A DNA stretch of 64,000 nt, taken from assembly GCA_002793915.1 (NCBI GenBank), contig PFEF01000006.1:24697-88696 (forward strand). The letters are read 5' to 3'. The notes beneath the pieces were generated by a model. The model saw nothing but the letters and a program-made list of their open reading frames with translations, searched no databases and was not told the origin of the DNA. Position 1 is the first letter of the stretch. Each line of letters opens with the position of its first letter. Shown piece by piece: positions 1 to 9,821 of this stretch. Source of the DNA: Candidatus Ryanbacteria bacterium CG10_big_fil_rev_8_21_14_0_10_43_42. GTDB lineage: Bacteria; Patescibacteriota; Minisyncoccia; Ryanbacterales; 2-02-FULL-48-12. A program made the translations under genes and the position numbers.

Positions 1-47
1 AAGTAAGACATTTTATGGCGGAGTACCCTTAATTATTAAATGTGCAT

Positions 48-473
48 ATGGCAAAAGCAGAGCTCAAAACCAAAAAAACAAAACAAAGTGTTATAGCGTT
101 TTTAAATACTATTAAGGATCTGGAAAAAAAGAAAGATGCGAAAAAAATACTCGCGCTTATGAAAGAAATCACCGGAGAGAGGCCTCAGATGTGGGGAGAT
201 AGTATGGTGGGGTTTGGGGACTATCATTACACATACGCGTCCGGCCGCGAGGGCGATTGGTTTCTTGTCGGGTTTTCCCCCCGAAAACAGAATCTTACTA
301 TTTATATTATGCCGGGATATAAAGATTACGGACCCCTCATGAAAAAATTGGGTCCGCATGCGCTTGGAAAATCATGTTTGTATATTAAGCGATTAGATGA
401 TATGCATATCCCTACGCTTAAAAAACTCATCAAGACGGGATATCAGGACATGAAGAAAAAATATAAAAAATAA
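48..473 (+). CDS. DUF1801 (YdhG-like) domain protein
   Basis: Motifs MWGDSMVGFGDYHYTYASGREGDW, GFSPRKQNLTIY and GKSCLYIKRL are typical of this family; ATG at 48 preferred over GTG at 42. Confidence 0.8.
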   Translation: MAKAELKTKKTKQSVIAFLNTIKDLEKKKDAKKILALMKEITGERPQMWGDSMVGFGDYHYTYASGREGDWFLVGFSPRKQNLTIYIMPGYKDYGPLMKKLGPHALGKSCLYIKRLDDMHIPTLKKLIKTGYQDMKKKYKK

Positions 474-474
474 T

Positions 475-846
475 ATGGAAGATAAAAAACAAAATAATAA
501 TGAAACGGAGCCGGTTTTACATATCAAAATATCCTATGATGATTTTGCGAAGGTGGAATTGCGTACGGCAAGAATTTTATCAGCGGAAGCGGTGGAAGGA
601 TCGGATAAATTAGTGCGTCTCCGAGTTTCGCTTGGTACGAAGGAACGGCAGTTATTGGCCGGCATCGGAAAGTCGTATACACCCGATGATCTTGTCGGAA
701 AAATAATTGCGGTGGTTGCCAACTTAAAACCGCGGAAAATGATGGGCATGGAAAGCGATGGTATGTTGCTCGCGGCAAGCGGAGAAGATGGACCGGTACT
801 TCTTACATCTGACAAGGAGATTTCGCCTGGTGCAGAAATACGATAA
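475..846 (+). CDS. tRNA-binding OB-fold protein (Trbp111/CsaA/MetRS C-terminal domain)
   Basis: ISYDDFAKVELRTARI...VVANLKPRKMMGMESDGMLLAA. Confidence 0.9.
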   Translation: MEDKKQNNNETEPVLHIKISYDDFAKVELRTARILSAEAVEGSDKLVRLRVSLGTKERQLLAGIGKSYTPDDLVGKIIAVVANLKPRKMMGMESDGMLLAASGEDGPVLLTSDKEISPGAEIR

Positions 847-889
847 CGAAGTTAACTTTGTTGAATGTACCGGCAAGGTTTTTGTTGTT

Positions 890-1717
890 ATGCAAAAAAA
901 TAAAAAATATATTGTTATTGAAAAGCAAGTGGGCGAAACGCCGCGCATGGTCCTTGATAGGTACCGGAAAGAAAATACGTGGGTGGGGGATATACCGCTT
1001 GCATACGCCGGTCGTCTGGATCCTATGGCGGAAGGATTATTATTGGTGCTTGTGGGAGATGAGTGTAAAAATCAAAAAAAATACCATGCCCTGGATAAAG
1101 AGTATGAGTTTGAGGTTCTTCTCGGATTTTCAAGTGATACGGGGGATATACTGGGAATGGCGGAATCCGATGCGGGCATGTCTCGTGTGTCAGATGCGCG
1201 CATGAAAAGTATAATGAGACAATTGGAGGGTAAGCAGAAATTTGCTTATCCGGTATTTTCATCTAAAACAGTCAAAGGAAAGCCCCTTTTTTTATGGGCA
1301 TTGGAAGGGCGTCTCGGAGAAATAAATATACCGTTTGCAGACATTACGATATATAACCTTGATTATAAAGGTATGCGTACTGTTGCAAAAAAAGAATTAT
1401 GGGAATGTATGGAGAAAAAAATAAAAAGCATTCCCGTTGTTGCCGAAAAATCAAAAGCGTTGGGCACCGATTTTCGCCGATCTGATATACAAAGACGGTG
1501 GAAAAGCGTATGGGATTCCTTCGATGACGAGTATATGTTTCAGATAGCACGGTTTACATGCATATGTTCCTCCGGCACATACATACGCACGCTTGCCGAA
1601 AAAATTGCGGAAAAAGCAGATACTATGGGGCTTGCTTACCATATAAAACGCACCGGTATCGGAAGGTATAAACAGGTATGGGGAAGAAAGGGGTTTTGGT
1701 ATAAAACCTTTAAATAG
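890..1717 (+). CDS. TruB-like pseudouridine synthase (divergent paralog)
   Basis: YAGRLDPMAEGLLLVLVG, LDKEYEFEVLLGFSSDTGD and CSSGTYIRTLA motifs; start moved to ATG 890 to avoid overlap with the upstream gene. Confidence 0.8.
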   Translation: MQKNKKYIVIEKQVGETPRMVLDRYRKENTWVGDIPLAYAGRLDPMAEGLLLVLVGDECKNQKKYHALDKEYEFEVLLGFSSDTGDILGMAESDAGMSRVSDARMKSIMRQLEGKQKFAYPVFSSKTVKGKPLFLWALEGRLGEINIPFADITIYNLDYKGMRTVAKKELWECMEKKIKSIPVVAEKSKALGTDFRRSDIQRRWKSVWDSFDDEYMFQIARFTCICSSGTYIRTLAEKIAEKADTMGLAYHIKRTGIGRYKQVWGRKGFWYKTFK

Positions 1718-1787
1718 CACTATTTTATAAGGAAATATTGATAAATGATTGACATTTAACTTTATTTATGTCAGAGTAGAATCTCAT

Positions 1788-3029
1788 ATGTATAATCGAA
1801 GTAATTCCTGGACACAGTCTCCGGGCAGATCAAATAACAGGCGTGGTTTTGGACAGCGCCGCTCGGTACCATCCCGAGGGCGTTTTCAGAGTGGACGCGG
1901 ACGTGGAGGCAAGGGCGCTTTTAGTATGTCTACCGATGATATATCTATTTTTATAAATAAGGCAGTTGCCGAGATAAAAACCGAAGAACATATTATCGAA
2001 CATAGTTTTGCTGATTTTGCCCTACATCCCGATCTTGCGCGCGCCGTTCGTTTCCGTGGATATACGACACCGACCCCTATACAGGACAAAATTATTTCTC
2101 ATGTTTTAAAAGGGACTGACGTGGTTGGACTTGCCAATACTGGTACCGGCAAAACGGGCGCCTTTCTTATTCCATTGATTCATAATGTACTGCAAAATCC
2201 TGAAAAACAGGTTCTTATTATAGCGCCCACGCGCGAACTTGCGGTTCAGATTGAACGGGAATTTGACAGCTTGATAAAACGAATACGTTTGTATGCGGTA
2301 GTGTGTGTTGGAGGTGCTAATATGGGAGCACAAATTCGCAAGCTTCGTCAGCACAGTCATTTCATTATCGGTACACCGGGACGTCTTATGGATCTTATGA
2401 AGCAGGGTGCTTTAAATTTGGAACAGGTGGGGACAATTGTTCTTGATGAGGCGGATCGCATGCTTGATATGGGTTTTATAGATGATGTCCGTTTTATTAT
2501 GAGTAAGATGCCGCGAGTGCGACACACGCTTTGTTTTTCTGCTACAATGTCACGGAATATATCCAATCTCATTAACGATTTTCTTATCAATCCCGTTACC
2601 ATTTCAGTAAAAACGGGAGAGACGGCCGCCAACGTTGAACAAGAAGTGGTGCGTGTTCGCGGACGTAATAAAATGGATGTACTATATGATCTTCTAAAAA
2701 CGGAAGAATGTAGTAAGGTGCTTGTTTTCGGAAAGACAAAATATGGCGTGCAGAATATTTGCGATGCATTATATAGGCGTGGTATTAAGGCGGATGCTAT
2801 TCATGGAGACAAATCGCATGGTCAGCGTCAGCGTGCACTCCGTAATTTTAAGGAAAATAAAGTACAAACATTGGTAGCTACGGATGTTGCATCCCGAGGG
2901 CTAGATATTAGTAACATCACCCACGTCATTAATTTTGATATACCGGCGACGTATGATGATTACGTGCATCGTATCGGACGCACGGGGCGCGGTACTAAAA
3001 AAGGAAAAGCTCTTACATTTATTGAATAG
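1788..3029 (+). CDS. DEAD-box RNA helicase
   Basis: Q motif PTPIQ, GTGKT, PTRELA, DEAD, SAT, HRIGRTGR; Arg/Gly-rich N-terminal tail. Confidence 0.95.
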   Translation: MYNRSNSWTQSPGRSNNRRGFGQRRSVPSRGRFQSGRGRGGKGAFSMSTDDISIFINKAVAEIKTEEHIIEHSFADFALHPDLARAVRFRGYTTPTPIQDKIISHVLKGTDVVGLANTGTGKTGAFLIPLIHNVLQNPEKQVLIIAPTRELAVQIEREFDSLIKRIRLYAVVCVGGANMGAQIRKLRQHSHFIIGTPGRLMDLMKQGALNLEQVGTIVLDEADRMLDMGFIDDVRFIMSKMPRVRHTLCFSATMSRNISNLINDFLINPVTISVKTGETAANVEQEVVRVRGRNKMDVLYDLLKTEECSKVLVFGKTKYGVQNICDALYRRGIKADAIHGDKSHGQRQRALRNFKENKVQTLVATDVASRGLDISNITHVINFDIPATYDDYVHRIGRTGRGTKKGKALTFIE

Positions 3030-3055
3030 AAAGCATATTTTTTCTTTTTGGAATT

Positions 3056-4852
3056 ATGGAAATCAGGAATATAGCGATAATAGCCCACGTAGACCATGGG
3101 AAAACAACACTAACTGATGCCATTATGCGGCAGACGGGTATGTTTGAGGAGGGTATGAGTATGGATACGAATGCGCTTGAGCAGGAGCGTGGTATTACTA
3201 TTTATGCCAAAAATACGGCAACGATATATAAAGATACAAAAATAAATATTGTAGATACGCCGGGACACAGTGATTTTGGATCAGAGGTGGAACGAGTGCT
3301 TCGCTCTATTGATTCAGTGCTTCTGGTAGTGGATGCACAGGAAGGTCCTATGCCGCAGACACGATTTGTTCTCAAAAAATCTCTTGAACTTGGTTTTAAG
3401 CCTATTGTTATTCTTAATAAAATTGATAAGCCGGCGGCGGATCCCATGCGTGCCGAAGAACAGGTTCTCGAATTGTTTTTTGAACTGGGTGCTTCTGATG
3501 AGCAGGCGGATTTTACGGTAGTTTATGCAATTGGAAAAGATGGCGTTGCCATGAAAAACAGAGATGATGAGAAAAAAGATCTCTCGCCTTTGCTGGATAC
3601 TATTTTAGAACAGGTGCCAACAGCGCCTCATACGGTGGACGCGCCTCTTAGGGCACAACCATTCAACTTGGCATATGATAATTTTTTGGGACGCCTCGCT
3701 ATTGCGCGCGTATATGACGGTATTCTTCGCGTGGGCGCACAGGTATATATTACAACGCCCGATGGGGATATACGAACCGGAAAAGTAACGAAGCTGTTTA
3801 CGTTTAAAGGAGTGGCGCGAAAAGAAGTTGATTTCGTGGAGGCGGGAGACATTTGCATGATAGCCGGACTTCCCGATATTTTTATCGGAGAGACTATCAG
3901 TGCAGACAAGGAAGTTGAGTTATTACCCGCAATCAAAGTGGACGAACCAACGATTACGCTTACGTTTTTGGTAAACAACTCTCCGTTTGGAGGGCGTGAT
4001 GGTACGTTACTTACGTCGCGGCAGATACGGGAGCGTCTCGAGAAAGAACTTGAGGTGAATGTGGGGCTTAAGATTGATTTTACACAGCCGGATCAGTTTA
4101 AGGTTTATGGCCGCGGAGAATTACATGTTGCCGTTCTATTGGAAACGATGCGAAGGGAGGGGTATGAGATTCAGGTTTCACAGCCACACGTTATTATCAA
4201 GGAAGAGGATGGTAAGAAATTAGAACCCTTTGAGGAAGTGACAATTGATGTGCCAAGTGAATTTCAGGGGGCGGTTATAGAAAAATTAGGCAAAAGAAAG
4301 GCAATTATGACGGATATGAAGACGGAATCGGACGCGACGGTACGACTTACGTTTGAAGGGCCTACCCGTGGTTTTCTAGGTTATCGAGGGCAATTTATGG
4401 TGGATACGAAAGGGGAAGGTATTCTCTCAAGTAGAGTTATAGGATTTAAGCCTTATGTAGGGCATATAGAAAAGCGTGTTACGGGATCCATGATATCAAT
4501 GGCTACCGGAAAGGCGTTGGGATTTTCACTTGCAAATTTGCAGGAACGCGGTGTTTTGTATATTGGTCCGGCGACGGAAGTGTATGAGGGTATGGTTATT
4601 GGAAATACGGCAAAAGGAGATGAAATGTCGGTAAATCCCATAAAGGGAAAACAGCTTACCAATATGCGCGCTTCCGGATCGGATGATACTATCCAGCTGG
4701 CACCGCCGCATATTATTACGATTGAATCCGGACTTGAGCTGATTGCCGAGGATGAGTATCTGGAGATAACGCCGCATAACGTACGTATACGGAAGCAGTA
4801 CTTAACAGAAAATGAACGCTCAAAATCAAAAAGAGGAAAGGGTGGCGCATAG
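3056..4852 (+). CDS. typA: translational GTPase TypA/BipA
   Basis: [47 protein letters not shown]. Confidence 0.97.
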   Translation: MEIRNIAIIAHVDHGKTTLTDAIMRQTGMFEEGMSMDTNALEQERGITIYAKNTATIYKDTKINIVDTPGHSDFGSEVERVLRSIDSVLLVVDAQEGPMPQTRFVLKKSLELGFKPIVILNKIDKPAADPMRAEEQVLELFFELGASDEQADFTVVYAIGKDGVAMKNRDDEKKDLSPLLDTILEQVPTAPHTVDAPLRAQPFNLAYDNFLGRLAIARVYDGILRVGAQVYITTPDGDIRTGKVTKLFTFKGVARKEVDFVEAGDICMIAGLPDIFIGETISADKEVELLPAIKVDEPTITLTFLVNNSPFGGRDGTLLTSRQIRERLEKELEVNVGLKIDFTQPDQFKVYGRGELHVAVLLETMRREGYEIQVSQPHVIIKEEDGKKLEPFEEVTIDVPSEFQGAVIEKLGKRKAIMTDMKTESDATVRLTFEGPTRGFLGYRGQFMVDTKGEGILSSRVIGFKPYVGHIEKRVTGSMISMATGKALGFSLANLQERGVLYIGPATEVYEGMVIGNTAKGDEMSVNPIKGKQLTNMRASGSDDTIQLAPPHIITIESGLELIAEDEYLEITPHNVRIRKQYLTENERSKSKRGKGGA

Positions 4853-4971
4853 GAATGTTTGCAATTTTTTAATGCCTATGGTATGCTATGCGCTATACAT
4901 GTCGACGAAGTAAAAATAAGGTTGAATTTTATACTTGAAGACAGGTGATTATAGGAATTTATGTTCTAACA

Positions 4972-5172
4972 ATGCAACAGGGAACAGTTGCCCGTATCAT
5001 GGACAAAGGCTACGGCTTTATCCAGCGAGAGGGCGAAGAAAAAGACCTTTTCTTTCATGCAACTGAAGTTAAGGACGGCGCATTCAATGATCTTCGTGAA
5101 GGAGATGCTGTGCAGTTCGAAGTTGAGGAAGATTCAAAGGGAGCACGCGCCGTACAGGTGAGTCGTGCATAG
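4972..5172 (+). CDS. cold-shock domain protein
   Basis: RNP1 KGYGFI and RNP2 LFFHAT motifs, 66 aa. Confidence 0.92.
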   Translation: MQQGTVARIMDKGYGFIQREGEEKDLFFHATEVKDGAFNDLREGDAVQFEVEEDSKGARAVQVSRA

Positions 5173-5188
5173 GTATAAAAATACCCAT

Positions 5189-5221
5189 AAAACATACCCG
5201 ACGTACGTCGGGTATGTTTTT
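5189..5221 (+). terminator. intrinsic terminator after the cold-shock gene
   Basis: AAAACATACCCGACG-TA-CGTCGGGTATGTTTTT inverted repeat ending in a T run. Confidence 0.85.
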
Positions 5222-5250
5222 GTTTGAATGGCAACATACATGCGAGTATG

Positions 5251-5279
5251 TTGACGATTAAATTATAATAATGTATAAT
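5251..5279 (+). promoter_or_regulatory. sigma70-type promoter
   Basis: TTGACG-17 nt-TATAAT. Confidence 0.75.
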
Positions 5280-5306
5280 CGTGGAAATGGCATTTAAGGG
5301 GGTTGT

Positions 5307-5600
5307 ATGTTTAAGGAACCGACGGTGCGTTGTGGGAACATAAAGGTAGAGTTAATTTTCGAGAAATACGACATAAAACTTCCCGATGGGTCGGTTCGCG
5401 GGGGATGGAAGATGTGGGTCGGAGAGTATTATTTTGGAGCCGCTGACTCAAAAGAGATGCTTCTGAAAGCGTGGAATGAGCTTAGTAGGCCATCAGAATC
5501 ATTTCATTGGCGAAGTATTTCTGAAAGATCAAGGTATGTTCTTACAAACAGTCGGGGTTACAGAGAATATTTGGAAGAATCTCGATTACGACTACGATAA
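5307..5600 (+). CDS. hypothetical protein (self-contained orphan cassette)
   Basis: 97-aa ORF with its own promoter, AAGGGGG SD and downstream hairpin plus T run (5605-5631). Confidence 0.65.
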   Translation: MFKEPTVRCGNIKVELIFEKYDIKLPDGSVRGGWKMWVGEYYFGAADSKEMLLKAWNELSRPSESFHWRSISERSRYVLTNSRGYREYLEESRLRLR

Positions 5601-5664
5601 CTACAATCCTTGGCACAGCAAGGGTTTTTTTCTTGGATTAGTATGCACATGATATAATAAAAAA

Positions 5665-7413
5665 ATGGAAAAGGAAAAATCGCATTTACTTAAAATAATT
5701 CCGTACTTACTCGCGTATAAATGGCGGGTTGTTTTTTCTCTCATGCTTATTGTTGCGGGACGCGTGTTTTCTGTGGCAAATCCTTACGTTATAAAAAAAC
5801 TTATCGATATGCTTGTGGACGGGGCGTTACCGAACCTCTCTTTTATTATTGGTCTTATCATCCTCTTTTTTATTTTTCGGTGGGGTACGGATATTACCGG
5901 TGGTATTAAGGATTATATTTTTGCCAAAGTGGAAGTTGGTGTTAAGCGTCGCATTCCCCTGGACGTGTTCGAGCATCTCCTTTCTTTGCCGTTGGATTTT
6001 CACGCGGATCAGGCAACGGGAGGCGTTGCGCGAAAAATTGCGCGTGGCACTAACTCGCTTTCGTCGCTTAGCTTCTTTTTTACCGGAAACATTCTCCCCA
6101 CAATTATAGAGATACTGTTTATATTAGGGATATTTCTTTTCACATTTCCGATTTCGTTTAGTATTGTATTTGCGGTTTTTGTGGCGGTATATATTGTATA
6201 TACAGTAAGGATAACCGATCGTCGGCAGGTTCTTCTTATTGAGGCGAATAAACGTGATGATGCAGGATCGGAAAAATCTGTTGATGCCCTCCTTAATTTT
6301 GAGACAGTGAAGTACTTTACCAATGAAGAATTTGAAATCCGGCGCTATGATACGGCCTTGGGAAAATGGGCCGAAGTTGCCGTTGAATCTACAAAGAAGG
6401 GGGCAAATTTAAATATGGGGCAGGGATTTATTATAACCGCAGGACTTACGGTGTTATTAGCTCTTGCAACACGCGAATTTATGCAAGGAGCGGCCACTAT
6501 AGGAGATTTTGTCCTTATAACATCATATTTGAATCGTATCGCCATTCCTATGTCCTTCCTCGGAGCATTATATAGGCGCATTAAGGAAGGACTTGCGGAT
6601 ATTGATGCTATGTTTCGGTTATTTGATACGGAGAATACCATTACTGATAAGATCGATGCTCACCCCCTTATCATAAATGAGGGACGGGTGGAGTTTCGTG
6701 ATGTTGTTTTTGGATATAATACCAACAGAAAGATACTGAGGGGTATTTCCATCGATATGCCGGCAAAAAAAAGTATAGCGCTCGTAGGGTATTCCGGATC
6801 TGGAAAATCAACAATATCAAAACTTCTCCTTCGATTATATGATGTCTTGGAAGGCGGGATATATATTGATGGTGTGGACATACGGGATGTTACGCAAAAG
6901 TCACTTCGGGAAGCCGTTGGCGTTGTGGCGCAGGATACCATTTTATTTAATGATACGATTGGTAACAATATTGCATATGGAAGACCGGATGCTACGGAAG
7001 AGGAGATACAGAGCGCGGCAAAGATTGCTCATATCCATGAATTTATAGAAACATTACCAGAACAATATAATACGCGCGTTGGAGAGCGCGGTGTAAAATT
7101 ATCGGGAGGGGAAAAACAGCGCGTTGCCATCGCGCGTATGTTGCTTAAAGATCCTCCTATCTTATTATTCGACGAGGCAACAGCATCCTTGGATAGTAAA
7201 TCAGAGCGCTTGATACAAGATTCTATTGCCGCATTATCGCATGAAGGGCGTACGACTATCGTTATTGCTCATCGTCTTTCCACGATTGTTGATTTTGATA
7301 AGATTGTTGTTATGGCAGATGGTGCCGTTATCGAACAGGGTACGCATAAGGAATTATTGCAAGAATGCGGAGCATATCAGCGTCTATGGAGTACGCAAAA
7401 CAAGCATCTGTGA
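5665..7413 (+). CDS. ABC transporter, fused permease/ATPase (Atm1/ABCB7-like)
   Basis: TM domain with DALLNFETVKYF; Walker A GYSGSGKST; LSGGEKQR; DEATASLD. Confidence 0.9.
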   Translation: MEKEKSHLLKIIPYLLAYKWRVVFSLMLIVAGRVFSVANPYVIKKLIDMLVDGALPNLSFIIGLIILFFIFRWGTDITGGIKDYIFAKVEVGVKRRIPLDVFEHLLSLPLDFHADQATGGVARKIARGTNSLSSLSFFFTGNILPTIIEILFILGIFLFTFPISFSIVFAVFVAVYIVYTVRITDRRQVLLIEANKRDDAGSEKSVDALLNFETVKYFTNEEFEIRRYDTALGKWAEVAVESTKKGANLNMGQGFIITAGLTVLLALATREFMQGAATIGDFVLITSYLNRIAIPMSFLGALYRRIKEGLADIDAMFRLFDTENTITDKIDAHPLIINEGRVEFRDVVFGYNTNRKILRGISIDMPAKKSIALVGYSGSGKSTISKLLLRLYDVLEGGIYIDGVDIRDVTQKSLREAVGVVAQDTILFNDTIGNNIAYGRPDATEEEIQSAAKIAHIHEFIETLPEQYNTRVGERGVKLSGGEKQRVAIARMLLKDPPILLFDEATASLDSKSERLIQDSIAALSHEGRTTIVIAHRLSTIVDFDKIVVMADGAVIEQGTHKELLQECGAYQRLWSTQNKHL

Positions 7414-7441
7414 CTATAACAAAATAATACGCAACAAAAAT

Positions 7442-8518
7442 ATGAATGCACTGCGAGACGTATACAAAAAATATGAGCATGTAATGGCATGGGGTGCATT
7501 TTTGGGCGGGTTTTTATGGGATACGCTTACGCTTACCCGGATTGATTTATGGATAGATAATCTGATGTTGTTTTTATATATCGTAATTGCCGGTACGAGT
7601 ATAACGCTTTTTAATTTATATGATATTGGACGATTGCAACGGCCCATTTTCCGGATTTATGCACCATGGCTTCCATTGGTTATGCAGTTTGCATTTGGCG
7701 GCTTATTCAGCGGATATGTTGTGTACTATTCTCGCAGTGCCGCATTTGCAACAAGTTGGCCGTTTCTTTTTTTTCTTGCGGTACTGCTCGTGGGAAATGA
7801 ATTTTCTGAAAAACGATATCACCGATTTACATTTAACGTAAGTATTTTATTTGTTGCCATATTTTCATTTCTTACGTTTTATATGCCCATTGTTTTAGGC
7901 TCGCTTGGAGCGAGTACGTTCCTTATAAGCGGATGGATGAGTTTAGTTGTTATCGGTGCGTTATTGTTTTTATTTATGCGTATTATGCCGGAGCGCATGA
8001 AGAGTATTAAGTATTTGTTATTTATAAGCATCGGAGGCATATATATATTATTTAACGTATTTTATTTTACCAATATCATCCCTCCCATTCCGCTTTCTAT
8101 TATTGAAAGTGGAATATACTATAATGTGGAGAGGTATGGGGATGAGTATAGGGTGACGAAAGAAGATAGGCCATGGTATGTGTTTTGGAAGAGGGAACAC
8201 GTGTTCTATCGAAGCGGAAACAATCCTATATATAGTTACAGTGCCGTATTTGCACCAACAAAACTACAGACAAAAATTATACACAGATGGTTATATTATA
8301 ATGAGAAAACCGGTGCGTGGATACAAACGGATGAGTTTCCCTATGCTATTTATGGGGGGCGGGACGGCGGATACCGAGGGTATTCGGTAAAACATAATGT
8401 ATTTCCGGGACGATGGCGCGTGGATGTCATTACCGAACGAAAACAGCTTCTGGGACGTACGACATTTATGGTACGTGATGCAGAGAAAGAACTTCTTCTT
8501 ACAACAGAGATACGGTGA
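7442..8518 (+). CDS. DUF2914-domain membrane protein
   Basis: Multi-TM N-terminus, IIPPIPLS, C-terminal GGRDGGYRGYS...PGRWRVDV. Confidence 0.8.
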   Translation: MNALRDVYKKYEHVMAWGAFLGGFLWDTLTLTRIDLWIDNLMLFLYIVIAGTSITLFNLYDIGRLQRPIFRIYAPWLPLVMQFAFGGLFSGYVVYYSRSAAFATSWPFLFFLAVLLVGNEFSEKRYHRFTFNVSILFVAIFSFLTFYMPIVLGSLGASTFLISGWMSLVVIGALLFLFMRIMPERMKSIKYLLFISIGGIYILFNVFYFTNIIPPIPLSIIESGIYYNVERYGDEYRVTKEDRPWYVFWKREHVFYRSGNNPIYSYSAVFAPTKLQTKIIHRWLYYNEKTGAWIQTDEFPYAIYGGRDGGYRGYSVKHNVFPGRWRVDVITERKQLLGRTTFMVRDAEKELLLTTEIR

Positions 8519-8605
8519 TGCAAGGAATATTATTGACCTAATATATTATTAATGTTATAATATGAGCATACAAAAAAGGTCTTTTATAGGGTAATAGGAC
8601 AATTT

Positions 8606-8749
8606 ATGAAAACATTATTAGGTATTGTTATACTTGTTATAGCCGTGTGGATATTTGCGACAGTAAGTGAACCGGTGAGTCGTTACGGAGGAGGTGCAGT
8701 ACTCGCTTTGGTAGCGGTCTGGCTTCTTTTAAGAGGACGTAAGGGATAG
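8606..8749 (+). CDS. small two-TM membrane protein (47 aa, absent from the ORF track)
   Basis: MKTLLGIVILVIAVWIFATVSEPVSRYGGGAVLALVAVWLLLRGRKG; upstream TTGACC-17-TATAAT promoter and AGGA. Confidence 0.65.
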   Translation: MKTLLGIVILVIAVWIFATVSEPVSRYGGGAVLALVAVWLLLRGRKG

Positions 8750-8830
8750 GGTGAGTTTGCAGGTATGAGGTATATATGTTAGAGTAAGAATGTCTACAGA
8801 GGCGCATCTTATCAGCTTATAATCAAAATC

Positions 8831-8962
8831 ATGGATGAAATGAATCCAATGGATCCTCAAACAGAAGGTGAGGCTCCTGCAACACCAACAGAAGGTGGTG
8901 ATATGCCTGCAGCAGCCGGTGATGAAGAAGCTCCTGCAACACCAACAGAAGGTCAGGAATAA
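8831..8962 (+). CDS. small acidic Pro/Glu-rich repeat peptide (43 aa, absent from the ORF track)
   Basis: MDEMNPMDPQTEGEAPATPTEGGDMPAAAGDEEAPATPTEGQE; in-frame 24-bp direct repeat; followed by a terminator. Confidence 0.7.
   Translation: MDEMNPMDPQTEGEAPATPTEGGDMPAAAGDEEAPATPTEGQE
8873..8953 (+). repeat. 24-bp direct repeat GCTCCTGCAACACCAACAGAAGGT, two copies
   Basis: Exact copies at 8873-8896 and 8930-8953, each encoding APATPTEG. Confidence 0.9.
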
Positions 8963-8974
8963 GACTTTCTTCGT

Positions 8975-9010
8975 ATAAAAAAGAGCTGATATATATCAGC
9001 TCTTTTTTAT
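8975..9010. terminator. bidirectional intrinsic terminator
   Basis: ATAAAAAAGAGCTGAT-ATAT-ATCAGCTCTTTTTTAT between convergent genes. Confidence 0.85.
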
Positions 9011-9032
9011 TTGTGTTATCCATTCTAAAAAC

Positions 9033-9461
9033 TCAATCTCTGTTTTTGTGTCCGCCATGTTTTTTTGCCGGACATTTGCATCCATGCGGCTTTATAAAAT
9101 CATCAAAGTATTCTTCGCCATAATCATAGGTGATTTCCTCACCGGGTTTAATGGTGCGTGTGGCGAAAATAAGGATACGCCCGCCACGTTCATCTGTTTC
9201 GCAATTAGGCTTGCAGGCATGGTTAATATACCGAGCCAAGTGTTTATGGTCTTTTGCGTCTAGTGTCCATTTGGTGTTTATGGTAAAAAGATATTTTCCG
9301 CCTCGTCTATCTGCTTCCGCGTCGGAAATTTTTTCTCCCGTATATTCAATAACAAAATCCCCTTTCTTAAATTCCCGTTTTGTAAACAAAGCGAGTCCTG
9401 CACCGGGTTTTGCACGCTTTACACAAAACCAATCCTTATGGGTTGTATATTTTTGTGACAT
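9033..9461 (-). CDS. SET-domain protein-lysine methyltransferase
   Basis: GAGLALF, VIEYTGE, ARYINHACKPNC, EITYDYG and post-SET CKC. Confidence 0.92.
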   Translation of the reverse strand: MSQKYTTHKDWFCVKRAKPGAGLALFTKREFKKGDFVIEYTGEKISDAEADRRGGKYLFTINTKWTLDAKDHKHLARYINHACKPNCETDERGGRILIFATRTIKPGEEITYDYGEEYFDDFIKPHGCKCPAKKHGGHKNRD

Positions 9462-9551
9462 ATCATAAAAATATACTGTATTATCACATCAGAGTCAATT
9501 GTCTGATTTGTTGTCATAATGTAGTATGGTGTGTAGAAAAGGAGGTTTACC

Positions 9552-9740
9552 ATGGAGCATAAAAAAGAAGTAGCGGATGTTTCTTCTTTTGTGGATGAAC
9601 AGAAATATCCGCCATGTGATTTTTGTGATGATGGATGTTTACCGTGCGCGTTTTATGATTTCGAAAAAGATGATTTTGTAGAAGGCGAAAAATGTACTTG
9701 CGGCAGTGGAAAAGATTTCGTAGGAAACGGATATAAGTAA
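9552..9740 (+). CDS. small Cys-rich protein with a partial SEC-C-like motif
   Basis: CDFCDDGCLPC and CTCGSGK; AAGGAGG SD; terminator at 9740-9770. Confidence 0.65.
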   Translation: MEHKKEVADVSSFVDEQKYPPCDFCDDGCLPCAFYDFEKDDFVEGEKCTCGSGKDFVGNGYK

Positions 9741-9821
9741 AACCCTGTCTTTATCGGCAGGATTTTTTTGTTCACTTTGTCGTCCATTCTGTCTTTCGGG
9801 GTATTTTGATATGATGTACAT

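Noticed and set aside
758-889. N-terminal extensions in the ORF track (also 7226-7441, 23553-23651, 47003-47158, 63349-63441)
   Set aside because: They overlap neighbouring genes or non-coding elements, and better downstream ATG starts exist.
8831-8962. Repeat peptide as a graspetide (RiPP) precursor for the ATP-grasp gene at 37087
   Set aside because: The genes are 28 kb apart, and no leader motif or TxKxPSD-like core is present.
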